A stretch of DNA of 64,000 nucleotides from an uncultured virus (IMG/VR IMGVR_UViG_3300011815_000001) (taxonomy: Duplodnaviria > Heunggongvirae > Uroviricota > Caudoviricetes): IMG/VR virus record IMGVR_UViG_3300011815_000001, one strand, 5' to 3'. A program made the translations under genes and the position numbers. The notes beneath the pieces were generated by a model. That model saw nothing but the letters and a program-made list of their open reading frames with translations, was not told the DNA's origin and searched no databases. Below, one piece after another: positions 10,008 to 19,207 of the stretch (positions are counted from its first letter, which is position 1; each line of letters begins with the position of its first letter).

Positions 10008-11891
10008 ATGGGGATTCTAGATAATAGGAGATTGTTATTTATGGACTTTGAGGTTCTCGTAAATTCAATTAGTCCATTAACAGGGAAACCTTATTGGTGC
10101 GTTGTTATTATTGATTATGCATCAGGTAAGGGAAGGATTATTAAGAATGATGTAGAAGAGTTACGAAACTTTTATAATGCATGTAGAAACGATATTTTCA
10201 TTACATATAATGGTCGTAATTATGACCAATGGATATTTAAAGGATTACTATTAGGTTATTGCCCAGCGTATTTAACAAAAAAATTAATTGAAGATGGTGT
10301 TAAAGGTGGAATGTTAATTCGGGATCATTATAAGATTCCGTTATTACACTATGATGCGGCAAATAAATTCAATAGTCTTAAGCAATTGGAAGCTTTCATG
10401 GGTAGTGAAATTAAGGAAAGTGACGTTCCATTCTGGTTAGACAGACCAATGACAGATGAAGAAGAAAAGAATCTAATCAAATACTGCGTACACGATGTTA
10501 AAGAATTGATTAAAGTATTTAATAAAACTAAAGGTACATTTGATTCGCATATTGCACTAATAGAAATGTTTAATATTGATTTAATAAATGTAAGCAAAAC
10601 GCAGGCTCAATTAAACGCAATTATTTTAGAAGCTCAAAAGTTTAAAGACCTAGGAGACGAGTATGATTTCATATTCCCTGACACATTAAGCATTTCATCC
10701 AAATATCAATTTATAAAAGACTGGTTCGATGAAATAAAGAGTGGTGCAATTTCAACGTTAGGAAAAGTGGAATTGGAAACTGAAATTTGTGAAAACCCAA
10801 CAGTATATGCCCTCGGAGGAGTACATGGGGCGATAAAGAATTTTCAATATGAAGGTAAAATATTTTCTTTAGACGTAACATCACTGTATCCTTCGCTTAT
10901 TTTAGAATATGGTCTAATGTCTCGAGGTGTAAAAAGTGATGAAAAATTCCGTGAAATTAGAGATACCCGTATCAAATACAAACGTGAAGGTAACAAATTA
11001 GAAAAAGTCTTAAAATTAGTCCTCAATAGTACATATGGAGTTCTTGGAGACCAGTATAATGATTTATGTGATAAACGGATGATGCGTTCGGTATGTGTAG
11101 CGGGTCAATTGTTATTAACTGATTTTATCGAAAAAATAGAACCATATTGCAAACCATTTAATATTAATACTGATGGGGTATTCTTCTATGTTGAAGATGA
11201 TAATTTTGAATACAACTTCAATAAAATAATGGAAGCAAAAAAAGAGTGGGAAGACCGAACACGATTAGGATTAGAGGTAGAAGAATACATTAAAGTAGTA
11301 CAGAAAGATGTTAATAATTATATTGTTGTTGAAAAGGACGGTCAATTTAAGGCAAAGGGAGCGTTCGTTAAAGATTTAAATGATTTAGATTATGATTTAC
11401 CAATTGTCAACAAAGCGGTTAAAGAATACTTTGTTAAAGGTGTATCAGTAACAGATACAATTAATAATTGTTCCGAACTGCGTGACTTCCAAAAAATTGT
11501 GAAAGTAACTTCAGCATACAATGAAGGTGCTTGGAAGGATTGTACATTCTCCAAACAACCTGTATTAAATGAGAAGACGGGTAAAATTACAAAGAAAATG
11601 ATGTGGGACGAAGGTTCGGGTTTCCAATTACAAGATAAAACTTTCCGTGTATTTGCATCTAATCGTGAAGAAGATGGTGGATTATTTAAGAAGAAGTCCA
11701 ATAAGAATCCTGAGAAATTTGCGAATACATCTGAAAAAGTATTCATTGATAACGGGAACGTTGTTGGTAAAACTACACCAGAATATCTAGACCGTCAATG
11801 GTATATCGATTTAGCAAATGATCGTATTCGTCAATTCTTAGGTATTAAAAAAGAACGTAAAACTAAATCTGATGTAACAAAGGAGAATTAA
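10008..11891 (+). CDS. DNA polymerase, family B, with 3'-5' exonuclease
   Basis: Exo motifs DFE, YNGRNYD, YCVHD; polymerase motifs DVTSLYPS, KLVLNSTYG, NTDG. Confidence 0.9.
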   Translation: MGILDNRRLLFMDFEVLVNSISPLTGKPYWCVVIIDYASGKGRIIKNDVEELRNFYNACRNDIFITYNGRNYDQWIFKGLLLGYCPAYLTKKLIEDGVKGGMLIRDHYKIPLLHYDAANKFNSLKQLEAFMGSEIKESDVPFWLDRPMTDEEEKNLIKYCVHDVKELIKVFNKTKGTFDSHIALIEMFNIDLINVSKTQAQLNAIILEAQKFKDLGDEYDFIFPDTLSISSKYQFIKDWFDEIKSGAISTLGKVELETEICENPTVYALGGVHGAIKNFQYEGKIFSLDVTSLYPSLILEYGLMSRGVKSDEKFREIRDTRIKYKREGNKLEKVLKLVLNSTYGVLGDQYNDLCDKRMMRSVCVAGQLLLTDFIEKIEPYCKPFNINTDGVFFYVEDDNFEYNFNKIMEAKKEWEDRTRLGLEVEEYIKVVQKDVNNYIVVEKDGQFKAKGAFVKDLNDLDYDLPIVNKAVKEYFVKGVSVTDTINNCSELRDFQKIVKVTSAYNEGAWKDCTFSKQPVLNEKTGKITKKMMWDEGSGFQLQDKTFRVFASNREEDGGLFKKKSNKNPEKFANTSEKVFIDNGNVVGKTTPEYLDRQWYIDLANDRIRQFLGIKKERKTKSDVTKEN

Positions 11892-12119
11892 ATGTTAATA
11901 GCTGAAGCAATTACAATTGTATTTTTACTTCTAAAATTCACATCTATTGTCTCATGGTCATGGTTATGGATTTTCTCACCAATGATTATTGTGTACGGTT
12001 CGTTAGCGGGAATGTTCGTAATTTTAGGTCTAGGCTTTATGATAATTCTAGGAGGTATTAAATTAATGGACGTTTATCACGAGTGGTCTCTTAAAAGAAT
12101 GCGAGCTAATAAGAAGTAA
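11892..12119 (+). CDS. Small membrane protein (WSWLW, transmembrane Fragile-X-F-like phage family)
   Basis: LLLK...WSWLWIFSP pattern, hydrophobic; RBS AAGGAG. Confidence 0.6.
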   Translation: MLIAEAITIVFLLLKFTSIVSWSWLWIFSPMIIVYGSLAGMFVILGLGFMIILGGIKLMDVYHEWSLKRMRANKK

Positions 12120-12143
12120 AATAAGAATTATAGGAGGAATCGA

Positions 12144-12632
12144 ATGAAGAAGAGAGCAGTACTTTACATATTGGGTTCACCATTTATCTACTTATACGGG
12201 TTAGCAGAAAATCATTTTAGTTTCGGTAAGTCAATCAGAGGTTATAGTTTGGATTTTTGTTATGAGTATTTTAACGGCTGGAGGATTTTATTTGGCAAAG
12301 AATACAAGGATAAATCGATTGAAGTCGGTTTATACGAATACAAATTGAAAGCAAAGAAAGCTAAGTTTGATTTAGATATCGCTTTATTGATGGAAGAATT
12401 GTATAGGAAATGGGACATTGGGTTCGATAAGAAGAAAAGAAGCCTACGATACAATTACTCTTGTGGATATGGAGATGTCTATTTAAGCATCAAACAAATT
12501 GGCAGAGATGAGTTTACAGTTAAATATTATGATGACAGTGGTTGGAATAGGAAAAAATCATTGTCTACCGATTATATTTTCAGTAAAGAAGAAGTGATTG
12601 CTACTATTCGAACTATTAAAGAACGTGGTTAA
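12144..12632 (+). CDS. Hypothetical protein
   Basis: RBS AGGAGG; 162 aa ORF. Confidence 0.7.
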   Translation: MKKRAVLYILGSPFIYLYGLAENHFSFGKSIRGYSLDFCYEYFNGWRILFGKEYKDKSIEVGLYEYKLKAKKAKFDLDIALLMEELYRKWDIGFDKKKRSLRYNYSCGYGDVYLSIKQIGRDEFTVKYYDDSGWNRKKSLSTDYIFSKEEVIATIRTIKERG

Positions 12633-12909
12633 TGTGGAACAAATGACATGTTATAAATTATTTAGAAAAATAAGTAAGAAAAGTATATACATTTAAAAAT
12701 TTATATTGTATAATTTGGGTATATTCTGAAAAAGGATATACCCTTTTTCTTTAGAAAGGACGTGATACATATGATTGTAGTTAAATAAATCCTATACAAA
12801 TTTAAAATCGGAAGGAGACAAGTTTATCTACAAGAGGAACACACAGGAAATCCTGTCTTTTTAGAGTTCCAAATGAGAGCAAGATTAATTGTAGAATAAG
12901 CGTAAATTT

Positions 12910-13686
12910 ATGAAAAACAAAGATATAAAGGTTATGGGTGTAGTTGCACTATTTATCTTCACAAGTGTAGTTATCATTGCATTAAATAAATTAGAAATAA
13001 TTGAAAAATTTTCTAAAAATATAGTTGACGAATTGGAAGAAGTCACCTATACTAATAATATGAATAACGCATACAAAATAATAGAGGGAAAAAGTACAAC
13101 TACCTCAACAGAAAAGGGGGAATTTAATGAATCCAATCAAATCCAGATTTTAACGGAAAAAGTCGAAGCAGAAGTGGCTAAAACAAAGGCTTTAGAGCGT
13201 GAAGAAATTCGTAAAATGGAAGAATTGGAGAAAGAGAAGGAAAAACAACGTAAGATCGAAGCTGAAAAGTTGGCGAGACAGAAAGCACAACTTGAAGCCG
13301 AGAAACAAAAGAAACTTAAAGCAGAATCCGAAAAGAAAAAACAACAAGAAAGCAAGAATACATACGAATCTAATTGGATGACATTTAACGCATCGTATTA
13401 CACTAGTTCTTGTAAAGGCTGTACAGGCATTACAAAGAGCGGTGTGAATATAAAGAACACAACTACATATGACGGGTATCGGATTGTAGCATCTGACAAT
13501 GGAGTTATTCCATTATGGTCAATTGTAGAAATCCAAACCCCTTCTGAAACCTTCAAGGCAATTGTGTTGGATTCTGGTGGAGCTATAAAAGGTAGAAAGC
13601 TAGATGTGCTAGTATCTACAACAAAAAGAGCCATTGAATTAGGAAGACATGACGTAAAGCTTCGCATTATCCGAAAGGCTAAATAA
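12910..13686 (+). CDS. Membrane-anchored 3D-domain cell wall protein (YorM-like)
   Basis: N-terminal TM segment, coiled coil, ASYY..C..C.GIT.SG, ASD, DSGGAIKG..LDV. Confidence 0.85.
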   Translation: MKNKDIKVMGVVALFIFTSVVIIALNKLEIIEKFSKNIVDELEEVTYTNNMNNAYKIIEGKSTTTSTEKGEFNESNQIQILTEKVEAEVAKTKALEREEIRKMEELEKEKEKQRKIEAEKLARQKAQLEAEKQKKLKAESEKKKQQESKNTYESNWMTFNASYYTSSCKGCTGITKSGVNIKNTTTYDGYRIVASDNGVIPLWSIVEIQTPSETFKAIVLDSGGAIKGRKLDVLVSTTKRAIELGRHDVKLRIIRKAK

Positions 13687-13722
13687 TTAATATTAAATAA
13701 TATACATTAATATAATTGATGT

Positions 13723-13758
13723 GAGTAGAATCTAATTGTTTGAAATTGGATTCTACTC
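13723..13758 (+). terminator. Long stem-loop
   Basis: GAGTAGAATCTAATT...AATTGGATTCTACTC. Confidence 0.55.
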
Positions 13759-13794
13759 GGCACTAGAGCCAAAATGTGTAGTAGGAGTGATTAA

Positions 13795-14001
13795 ATGGAT
13801 TCTGTAAAGGTCAGATATATTGGCAAGGCGTATAAATATTGGTTTGGTGATAAGGATTATGAAGCAACGCCTAGATATGTAAGAGGCAAAGAGAAAACAC
13901 CAGTCAAATGGCGAATCATAGACAGGGATGGCGATAGCTATGCAATTGCTGATGGAACATTAGAAGAAGGCTTAGAAAAAGATTGGATTATTGTACCTTG
14001 A
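13795..14001 (+). CDS. Hypothetical protein (cassette 1)
   Basis: RBS AGGAG. Confidence 0.65.
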   Translation: MDSVKVRYIGKAYKYWFGDKDYEATPRYVRGKEKTPVKWRIIDRDGDSYAIADGTLEEGLEKDWIIVP

Positions 14002-14043
14002 TGCACAAAATGAACAAATTGTTGAGTAAATGGAGGTGCGAAT

Positions 14044-14289
14044 TTGTCTGAAATAGTGAAGGAGAAGGTAAAATTGTTTTACTTTTACGGTTTTGGATTT
14101 CGATATGTAAAAGGTATTACAAATGAAAATGACATTATCAAAGGTGGTAGTTTATACGCATTTGGCAAGCAATTGCTTACCGTAGCGGTTTCCAATACTG
14201 AATGGGTAGATGAACAAGGAATGCCATATAAATTTAAGTTAGATGGAAGAGTATTGTTTGTTAAAAAGTTAGCAATAGGATTTCTGTAA
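14044..14289 (+). CDS. Hypothetical protein (cassette 2)
   Basis: RBS GGAGGTG, TTG start. Confidence 0.65.
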   Translation: MSEIVKEKVKLFYFYGFGFRYVKGITNENDIIKGGSLYAFGKQLLTVAVSNTEWVDEQGMPYKFKLDGRVLFVKKLAIGFL

Positions 14290-14337
14290 TTAAGCAATAC
14301 GAGCAAATTGTTCAGTAAATAAAAAGGAGATGTTGAA

Positions 14338-14727
14338 ATGAATAAAATTAATGAGTTCACACAGGACGAAAAACAATATGCCTTAAAGGTTGCAAATGAA
14401 TTAATGAAGTGGAAAGTGTTTGAGATGAACGATTGCGATACTGTTGCCGCTAAAAATGAGGAAGAAGCTAAAGCGTTTTATGAGCAATTTATAGAGCGTG
14501 AGGAAATTGAAGAGTATTTTGGAGGAGAAGCGAATTTCTCACAGAACATTAGAATTTTCATTTCAGACCTATCAGATATAGAAAGAGAAAAGGTTATTCA
14601 AGTATTAGGTGCAGATGTATTGAATGAAGAAGCCAAAGAATTTTATTGCACATTATTAGAATGGTTAGAAATTATGATTCTTACAGGACAAACAGAACCA
14701 TTCATTATCGCATCTACTGAGTACTAA
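14338..14727 (+). CDS. Hypothetical phage protein (cassette 3)
   Basis: RBS AAAGGAG; C-terminal PFIIASTEY. Confidence 0.7.
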   Translation: MNKINEFTQDEKQYALKVANELMKWKVFEMNDCDTVAAKNEEEAKAFYEQFIEREEIEEYFGGEANFSQNIRIFISDLSDIEREKVIQVLGADVLNEEAKEFYCTLLEWLEIMILTGQTEPFIIASTEY

Positions 14728-14808
14728 ACAATTCGAACAACATTGTGTAGTAAATAATTAGGGTGGATTAAGTTCCATCCTAATACCTGAATAAAAGGAG
14801 ATGTTTAG

Positions 14809-16086
14809 TTGGAAGATTATATTTATGATTTTGTAACTCGCTTACAATCAATTAGTGGTCGTAATGACAAGGAATCATTTATTAAGAAATACAAAGATGA
14901 TGAAACAATCGAAAAGTATTTAAAGTTTACACTTGATCCAATGAAGGTGTACGGACTACAAAGCAAGAAGCTTGGAAAATTTTTAGACAAGCCATACACA
15001 GACAATCTATTTAATGATCTGTTTGAATGTTTCGAGTATTTAATTGAGAATAATACTGGACGTGATGAAGACGCTAAATTGGTAGCTTCATATATAAATA
15101 GCTTAGATGAAAAGCTCCATGATTTTGTTATCAAGTCCATAACGAAGTCAATTAAGTTAGGTGCTAATATTAAAACAATCAATAAGACTTTAGGTAAAGA
15201 ATTACTGACTGAATTTAATGTTATGTTGGCACATCCTTTTGAAAAATACGCAGATAAAATTGACGGTAAAACGCTATATACCACTGAGAAATTGGATGGA
15301 GCTCGTGCAATTATCTTCAAATGGGGCGATAAAATTGATATTCGGACACGACAGGGACATCAATTATTAGGGCTAGTAGACATTGAGAAAGATGTACAAG
15401 CTTTGTCAGATGGAATTTATGATGGGGAATTGTTGATTAAGAATGCTGAACAGTTTAAAGATAGAGCAGTACTTCAAGAAACACTTAAAATAACAAAAAA
15501 GGATGGAGATAAAACAGGTTTAGACTTTTGGATTTTTGATACCATCACGCATGAGGATTTTCAAGCTGGTAAATCAAAATTAACCTACTCTAAGCGTCGT
15601 GAGATATTGGACAACTTATCGGTTAAGAATTTAGCGAATATTCACGTTTTACCTGTATTGTACAAGGGTAAAGATATGCTTGAAATTCAGAAGATTCTTA
15701 AAGAACTAGAATCAAAGGGACTAGAAGGAGTCATGTTGAATGTAGCAAATTCTTTCTATACTTTAAATAGAAGTTCTGGAATCCTTAAAATGAAGACGTT
15801 TTTAGAATTTGATGAAGAAGTCGTTTCTATATTTGAAGGAGAAGGACGACTAAAAGGTAAATTAGGTGGAGTAAACGTTCTGTACAAAGGAAAGTATCCA
15901 CTTAAAGTTGGATCAGGATTCACTGACCAAGAAAGAGAATTATATTTTAATAATCCAGAATTAATCGTAGGTAAAATAATTGCCGTGCAGTACTTTAGAG
16001 AAAGCTCTAATGCTCAGGGTGGATTATCTGTAAGTTTCCCTGTCTTTGTGACTGTAACTAGTAAAACTGAAGCTAGTTACAATTAA
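14809..16086 (+). CDS. ATP-dependent DNA ligase
   Basis: EKLDGAR adenylation motif, DGEL, FD, EGVML, LKMK and VGSGF OB domain. Confidence 0.92.
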   Translation: MEDYIYDFVTRLQSISGRNDKESFIKKYKDDETIEKYLKFTLDPMKVYGLQSKKLGKFLDKPYTDNLFNDLFECFEYLIENNTGRDEDAKLVASYINSLDEKLHDFVIKSITKSIKLGANIKTINKTLGKELLTEFNVMLAHPFEKYADKIDGKTLYTTEKLDGARAIIFKWGDKIDIRTRQGHQLLGLVDIEKDVQALSDGIYDGELLIKNAEQFKDRAVLQETLKITKKDGDKTGLDFWIFDTITHEDFQAGKSKLTYSKRREILDNLSVKNLANIHVLPVLYKGKDMLEIQKILKELESKGLEGVMLNVANSFYTLNRSSGILKMKTFLEFDEEVVSIFEGEGRLKGKLGGVNVLYKGKYPLKVGSGFTDQERELYFNNPELIVGKIIAVQYFRESSNAQGGLSVSFPVFVTVTSKTEASYN

Positions 16087-16117
16087 AAACCAATAAAAAA
16101 TAAGGGGCTGTTCTCAT

Positions 16118-16510
16118 ATGGCAAAGTATTCAAACAGAATTAAAAGAAAAAGGTTCATCAAAAAAGCAACTCATAAATTTGTTAGGCTAATAAATTTCAC
16201 TACCAACGAAACTGAGCAATCTGTTACATTGTACAAGTATATATGGAACGATATAAAAAATGGCTTAGATTACGGAATGGATGAAATAAGATACAACCTA
16301 TACTATGCCAATGACCACATGCCATCCTTAGAGGGAGTATACACTGAATACTTTAATCAGACAGCAACAGACAGAGAGTTACAGAATATGTTTAAGGCTT
16401 TAAAAGAGCTTTTACCGCTTTACATACAGAGATACAATGACCTTGATTTCACATACGGAGAAGACAGTAAAGGTCTATACATCGCTATTAATTACGGTTC
16501 TAATAATTAA
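16118..16510 (+). CDS. Hypothetical protein
   Basis: RBS AAGGGG; 130 aa ORF. Confidence 0.6.
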   Translation: MAKYSNRIKRKRFIKKATHKFVRLINFTTNETEQSVTLYKYIWNDIKNGLDYGMDEIRYNLYYANDHMPSLEGVYTEYFNQTATDRELQNMFKALKELLPLYIQRYNDLDFTYGEDSKGLYIAINYGSNN

Positions 16511-16586
16511 TATTGAATAAACACTAGACAATATTAAAAGAACGTGTTAATCTAATAGTGTACTAAAAATTGAATATTAAGGAGAG

Positions 16587-17096
16587 ATGAAGTTGAACTA
16601 TGATTTAATTCTTGTTGAGGGCGTCGATTGTGCGGGCAAGACAAGCTTGATTAACTTACTGTCAAACGCACTCAGTTTCCATGTCGTAAAAGGTAGTTCC
16701 TTCGAGCATTCACAGTGCGATAACACTGAGTTGTTCAGTAAATTCAAGGAAATGACCAAAGAAAGAATGGTTGTCTTTGACAGGTTTATCTACTCTAATG
16801 AAGTGTACGCTCAATTATACGATGACTTTGCAATCTTAACGGATGAGCAAAGACGTGAAATTGAGAATGATATTTCTAGTAGAGCCTTGCTGGTTTACCT
16901 TGAAGCCGATATTGATGTGCTTACTTCACGTATGAACAGTCGTGGAGATGACTATGTAACAGTTGATCGACTACAAATCATTAAGGATAAATATGAAGAG
17001 TCATTGAACAAAATTACATTGGATCACATTCGCATTAACACAAGTAGTTTAACCAAACAACAAATATTAAATAAAGTTTTAAGTGAAGTGGTTTGA
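16587..17096 (+). CDS. Deoxynucleoside monophosphate (thymidylate-like) kinase
   Basis: EGVDCAGKTS P-loop; DRFIYSNEVY. Confidence 0.85.
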   Translation: MKLNYDLILVEGVDCAGKTSLINLLSNALSFHVVKGSSFEHSQCDNTELFSKFKEMTKERMVVFDRFIYSNEVYAQLYDDFAILTDEQRREIENDISSRALLVYLEADIDVLTSRMNSRGDDYVTVDRLQIIKDKYEESLNKITLDHIRINTSSLTKQQILNKVLSEVV

Positions 17097-17100
17097 TGAA

Positions 17101-17277
17101 ATGGTTAAAACTTTATTGGTAGTATTTCTCTTATTAGTGATTATCGCTAATGTGTCGGCAGAGTATGTGTATCGTAAGTCAGAAAATCATAAACTGCTAA
17201 AATTACTGGATAGTATTTGTACATACTCAGCAGGAATGATTATTGTAATAATTCTTATAATGGTAATTATTAATTGA
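17101..17277 (+). CDS. Small two-TM membrane protein
   Basis: Two hydrophobic stretches; start uncertain (17083 or 17101). Confidence 0.45.
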   Translation: MVKTLLVVFLLLVIIANVSAEYVYRKSENHKLLKLLDSICTYSAGMIIVIILIMVIIN

Positions 17278-17320
17278 TATTGTATAATTTAATTAATGTT
17301 ATTTCAAGGAGGTGATTCTA

Positions 17321-17512
17321 ATGAATTTGGTTGGGAGAACTGGAGTTTTCAATAATGAAGATGATGGAGCATGGGGTAAGACATATGGAGGCAAAAAGTG
17401 TACAGTGTTAGGTTATGACGATGAAGAAACACAAGCTGGATTAGTAGTGCGTTTTGAAGATGGTCAGGTATTGGTTATTACAGTTGAAGAATTTACGGAA
17501 TTTGTTAATTAG
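17321..17512 (+). CDS. Hypothetical protein
   Basis: RBS AAGGAGGTGA before ATG 17321. Confidence 0.65.
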   Translation: MNLVGRTGVFNNEDDGAWGKTYGGKKCTVLGYDDEETQAGLVVRFEDGQVLVITVEEFTEFVN

Positions 17513-17572
17513 TTTTATATGTTTTAATGATTAATATTACATAAATAAATTAAATAGAAAGAAGATGATTAT

Positions 17573-17818
17573 TTGAAAAACAAACTAACATTAATTAAGC
17601 GTTCGAACCCTATCTGTCCTGCTTGTAATCAAATGCAGTTGATTTTAGAAGAGGAAGAAATTCCATTCGACACAATCGACATTGCTACTGAAGTTGATGC
17701 AATTGAGAAATATAATTTGTCAAGTGTACCAGTAATCCTAATCAATGATGGGGAAACGGAAATTCGATTGAATGGAATTCAACCAGTAGAGGTTATCAAG
17801 GAACTCCTTGAAGATTAA
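17573..17818 (+). CDS. NrdH/glutaredoxin-like redoxin
   Basis: CPAC active site, SVP cis-Pro motif; directly upstream of the RNR genes. Confidence 0.85.
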   Translation: MKNKLTLIKRSNPICPACNQMQLILEEEEIPFDTIDIATEVDAIEKYNLSSVPVILINDGETEIRLNGIQPVEVIKELLED

Positions 17819-17868
17819 TAATTACAATAACTAATTTGAATAAGAAATGAAAACAAGGAGGAATTGAT

Positions 17869-19134
17869 TTGGTATTATCAAAAACAATCAAGAAGAGAGA
17901 CAATTCAATCGTAGATTTTAAACTAGAAAAGGTAGTAAACGCAATAAGTAAAGCAGGCAAGGAAACAGGCGAGTTTGATGAAGAAGTATCTAAATCACTT
18001 GCTCAAGAAGTATTAAACGCATTGAACGAATCAGATAAAGATGAACTATCAGTTGAGTGTGTACAAGATGTTGTTGAAATGGCACTACTCAACTCTGAAT
18101 ATAAAGCTACTGCTAAAGCGTATATCATTTATCGAGAAAAACGAACGCAGGAACGTAAACCCGATATCTTTAAACAGCGTGTTAATTTAAAGCCTTATGA
18201 ATATCCTCAATTGAATCAATATAAGGAAGCTGTTCAACATTCATATTGGTTACATACTGAATTTAATTATACATCAGATATCAATGATTATAAGGTCAAC
18301 GTTAATGATAAAGAACGTAATGCCATTAAAAATGCAATGTTAGCAATCTCTCAGGTAGAAGTAGCTGTTAAAAACTTCTGGGGAGACTTACATAATCGAA
18401 TGCCTAAACCAGAAGTAGGAGCTGTGGGTGCTACTTTTAGTGAAAGTGAAGTTCGACATAGTGATGCTTACTCTCATCTACTAGAAATTTTAGGATTGAA
18501 TGATGAATTTGAGAAAATTCAAGATATCCCTGCATTAGCTAATCGAGTGAACAGTTTGACTCAAGCGATTAAATACGCTAAATCAGAAAGCAATAAAGAC
18601 TTTGCACTATCGCTTATTCTATTCTCATTATTTATTGAACACGTATCTTTATTCTCACAATTCTTAGTAATGATGTCATTCAATAAACATAAAAATTTAT
18701 TCAAGGGAGTATCAAATGCAATTGAAGCTACTTCTAAAGAAGAACAATTACACGGTTTATTCGGCATTGAATTGGTAAGTATTATCCGAAATGAGAACCC
18801 AGAATGGTTCGATGAAGAAATGACGAATAAGGTTTATGAGGCATGTAAGAAAACTTTCGAATCAGAAGTAGAAGTAATTGACTGGATTTATGAAGAAGGG
18901 GATTTAGATTTCTTACCTAAAGAAGTGGTTGTAGAATTCATTAAGAACCGAATGAATAACTCATTGAAGAGTACAGGATTTGAACCTTTATTTGAGGTAG
19001 ATGTTAAATTAGTAGAACAAACTGACTGGTTTGAAGATGAGCTAAATTCCACGAAGCACGTTGACTTCTTCCATAAACGTAGCGTTAATTATACAAAAAA
19101 ATCTCAGAGTTTCAGTGCAGACAGCTTATTCTAA
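17869..19134 (+). CDS. nrdB: Ribonucleotide reductase beta subunit with N-terminal ATP cone (NrdBi / class Id-like)
   Basis: ATP cone IKKRDNSIVDF...VECVQDVVE...AKAYIIYR; ligand motifs QVEVAVK, ESEVRHSDAY, FIEHVSLFSQF, KEEQLHG; DFF tail. Confidence 0.9.
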   Translation: MVLSKTIKKRDNSIVDFKLEKVVNAISKAGKETGEFDEEVSKSLAQEVLNALNESDKDELSVECVQDVVEMALLNSEYKATAKAYIIYREKRTQERKPDIFKQRVNLKPYEYPQLNQYKEAVQHSYWLHTEFNYTSDINDYKVNVNDKERNAIKNAMLAISQVEVAVKNFWGDLHNRMPKPEVGAVGATFSESEVRHSDAYSHLLEILGLNDEFEKIQDIPALANRVNSLTQAIKYAKSESNKDFALSLILFSLFIEHVSLFSQFLVMMSFNKHKNLFKGVSNAIEATSKEEQLHGLFGIELVSIIRNENPEWFDEEMTNKVYEACKKTFESEVEVIDWIYEEGDLDFLPKEVVVEFIKNRMNNSLKSTGFEPLFEVDVKLVEQTDWFEDELNSTKHVDFFHKRSVNYTKKSQSFSADSLF

Positions 19135-19207
19135 TTCATTGCGATTCATAACCTAAGCATGTTTTAAAACTGCTTCGCATCATATATACAAAAGGAGAAA
19201 TATACAT

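Larger units (their letters stand above)
13766..14755 (+). repeat. Four copies of an approximately 20 bp intergenic direct repeat delimiting three small genes
   Basis: GAGCCAAAATGTGTAGTA (13766), GAACAAATTGTTGAGTAAAT (14012), GAGCAAATTGTTCAGTAAAT (14301), GAACAACATTGTGTAGTAAAT (14735). Confidence 0.7.

Noticed and set aside
12790..12900. c-di-AMP (ydaO) riboswitch upstream of the 3D-domain gene
   Set aside because: The context fits but I could not find the conserved ydaO sequence elements.
13766..14755. CRISPR array
   Set aside because: Repeats are degenerate and separated by 230-410 bp protein-coding ORFs, not short spacers.
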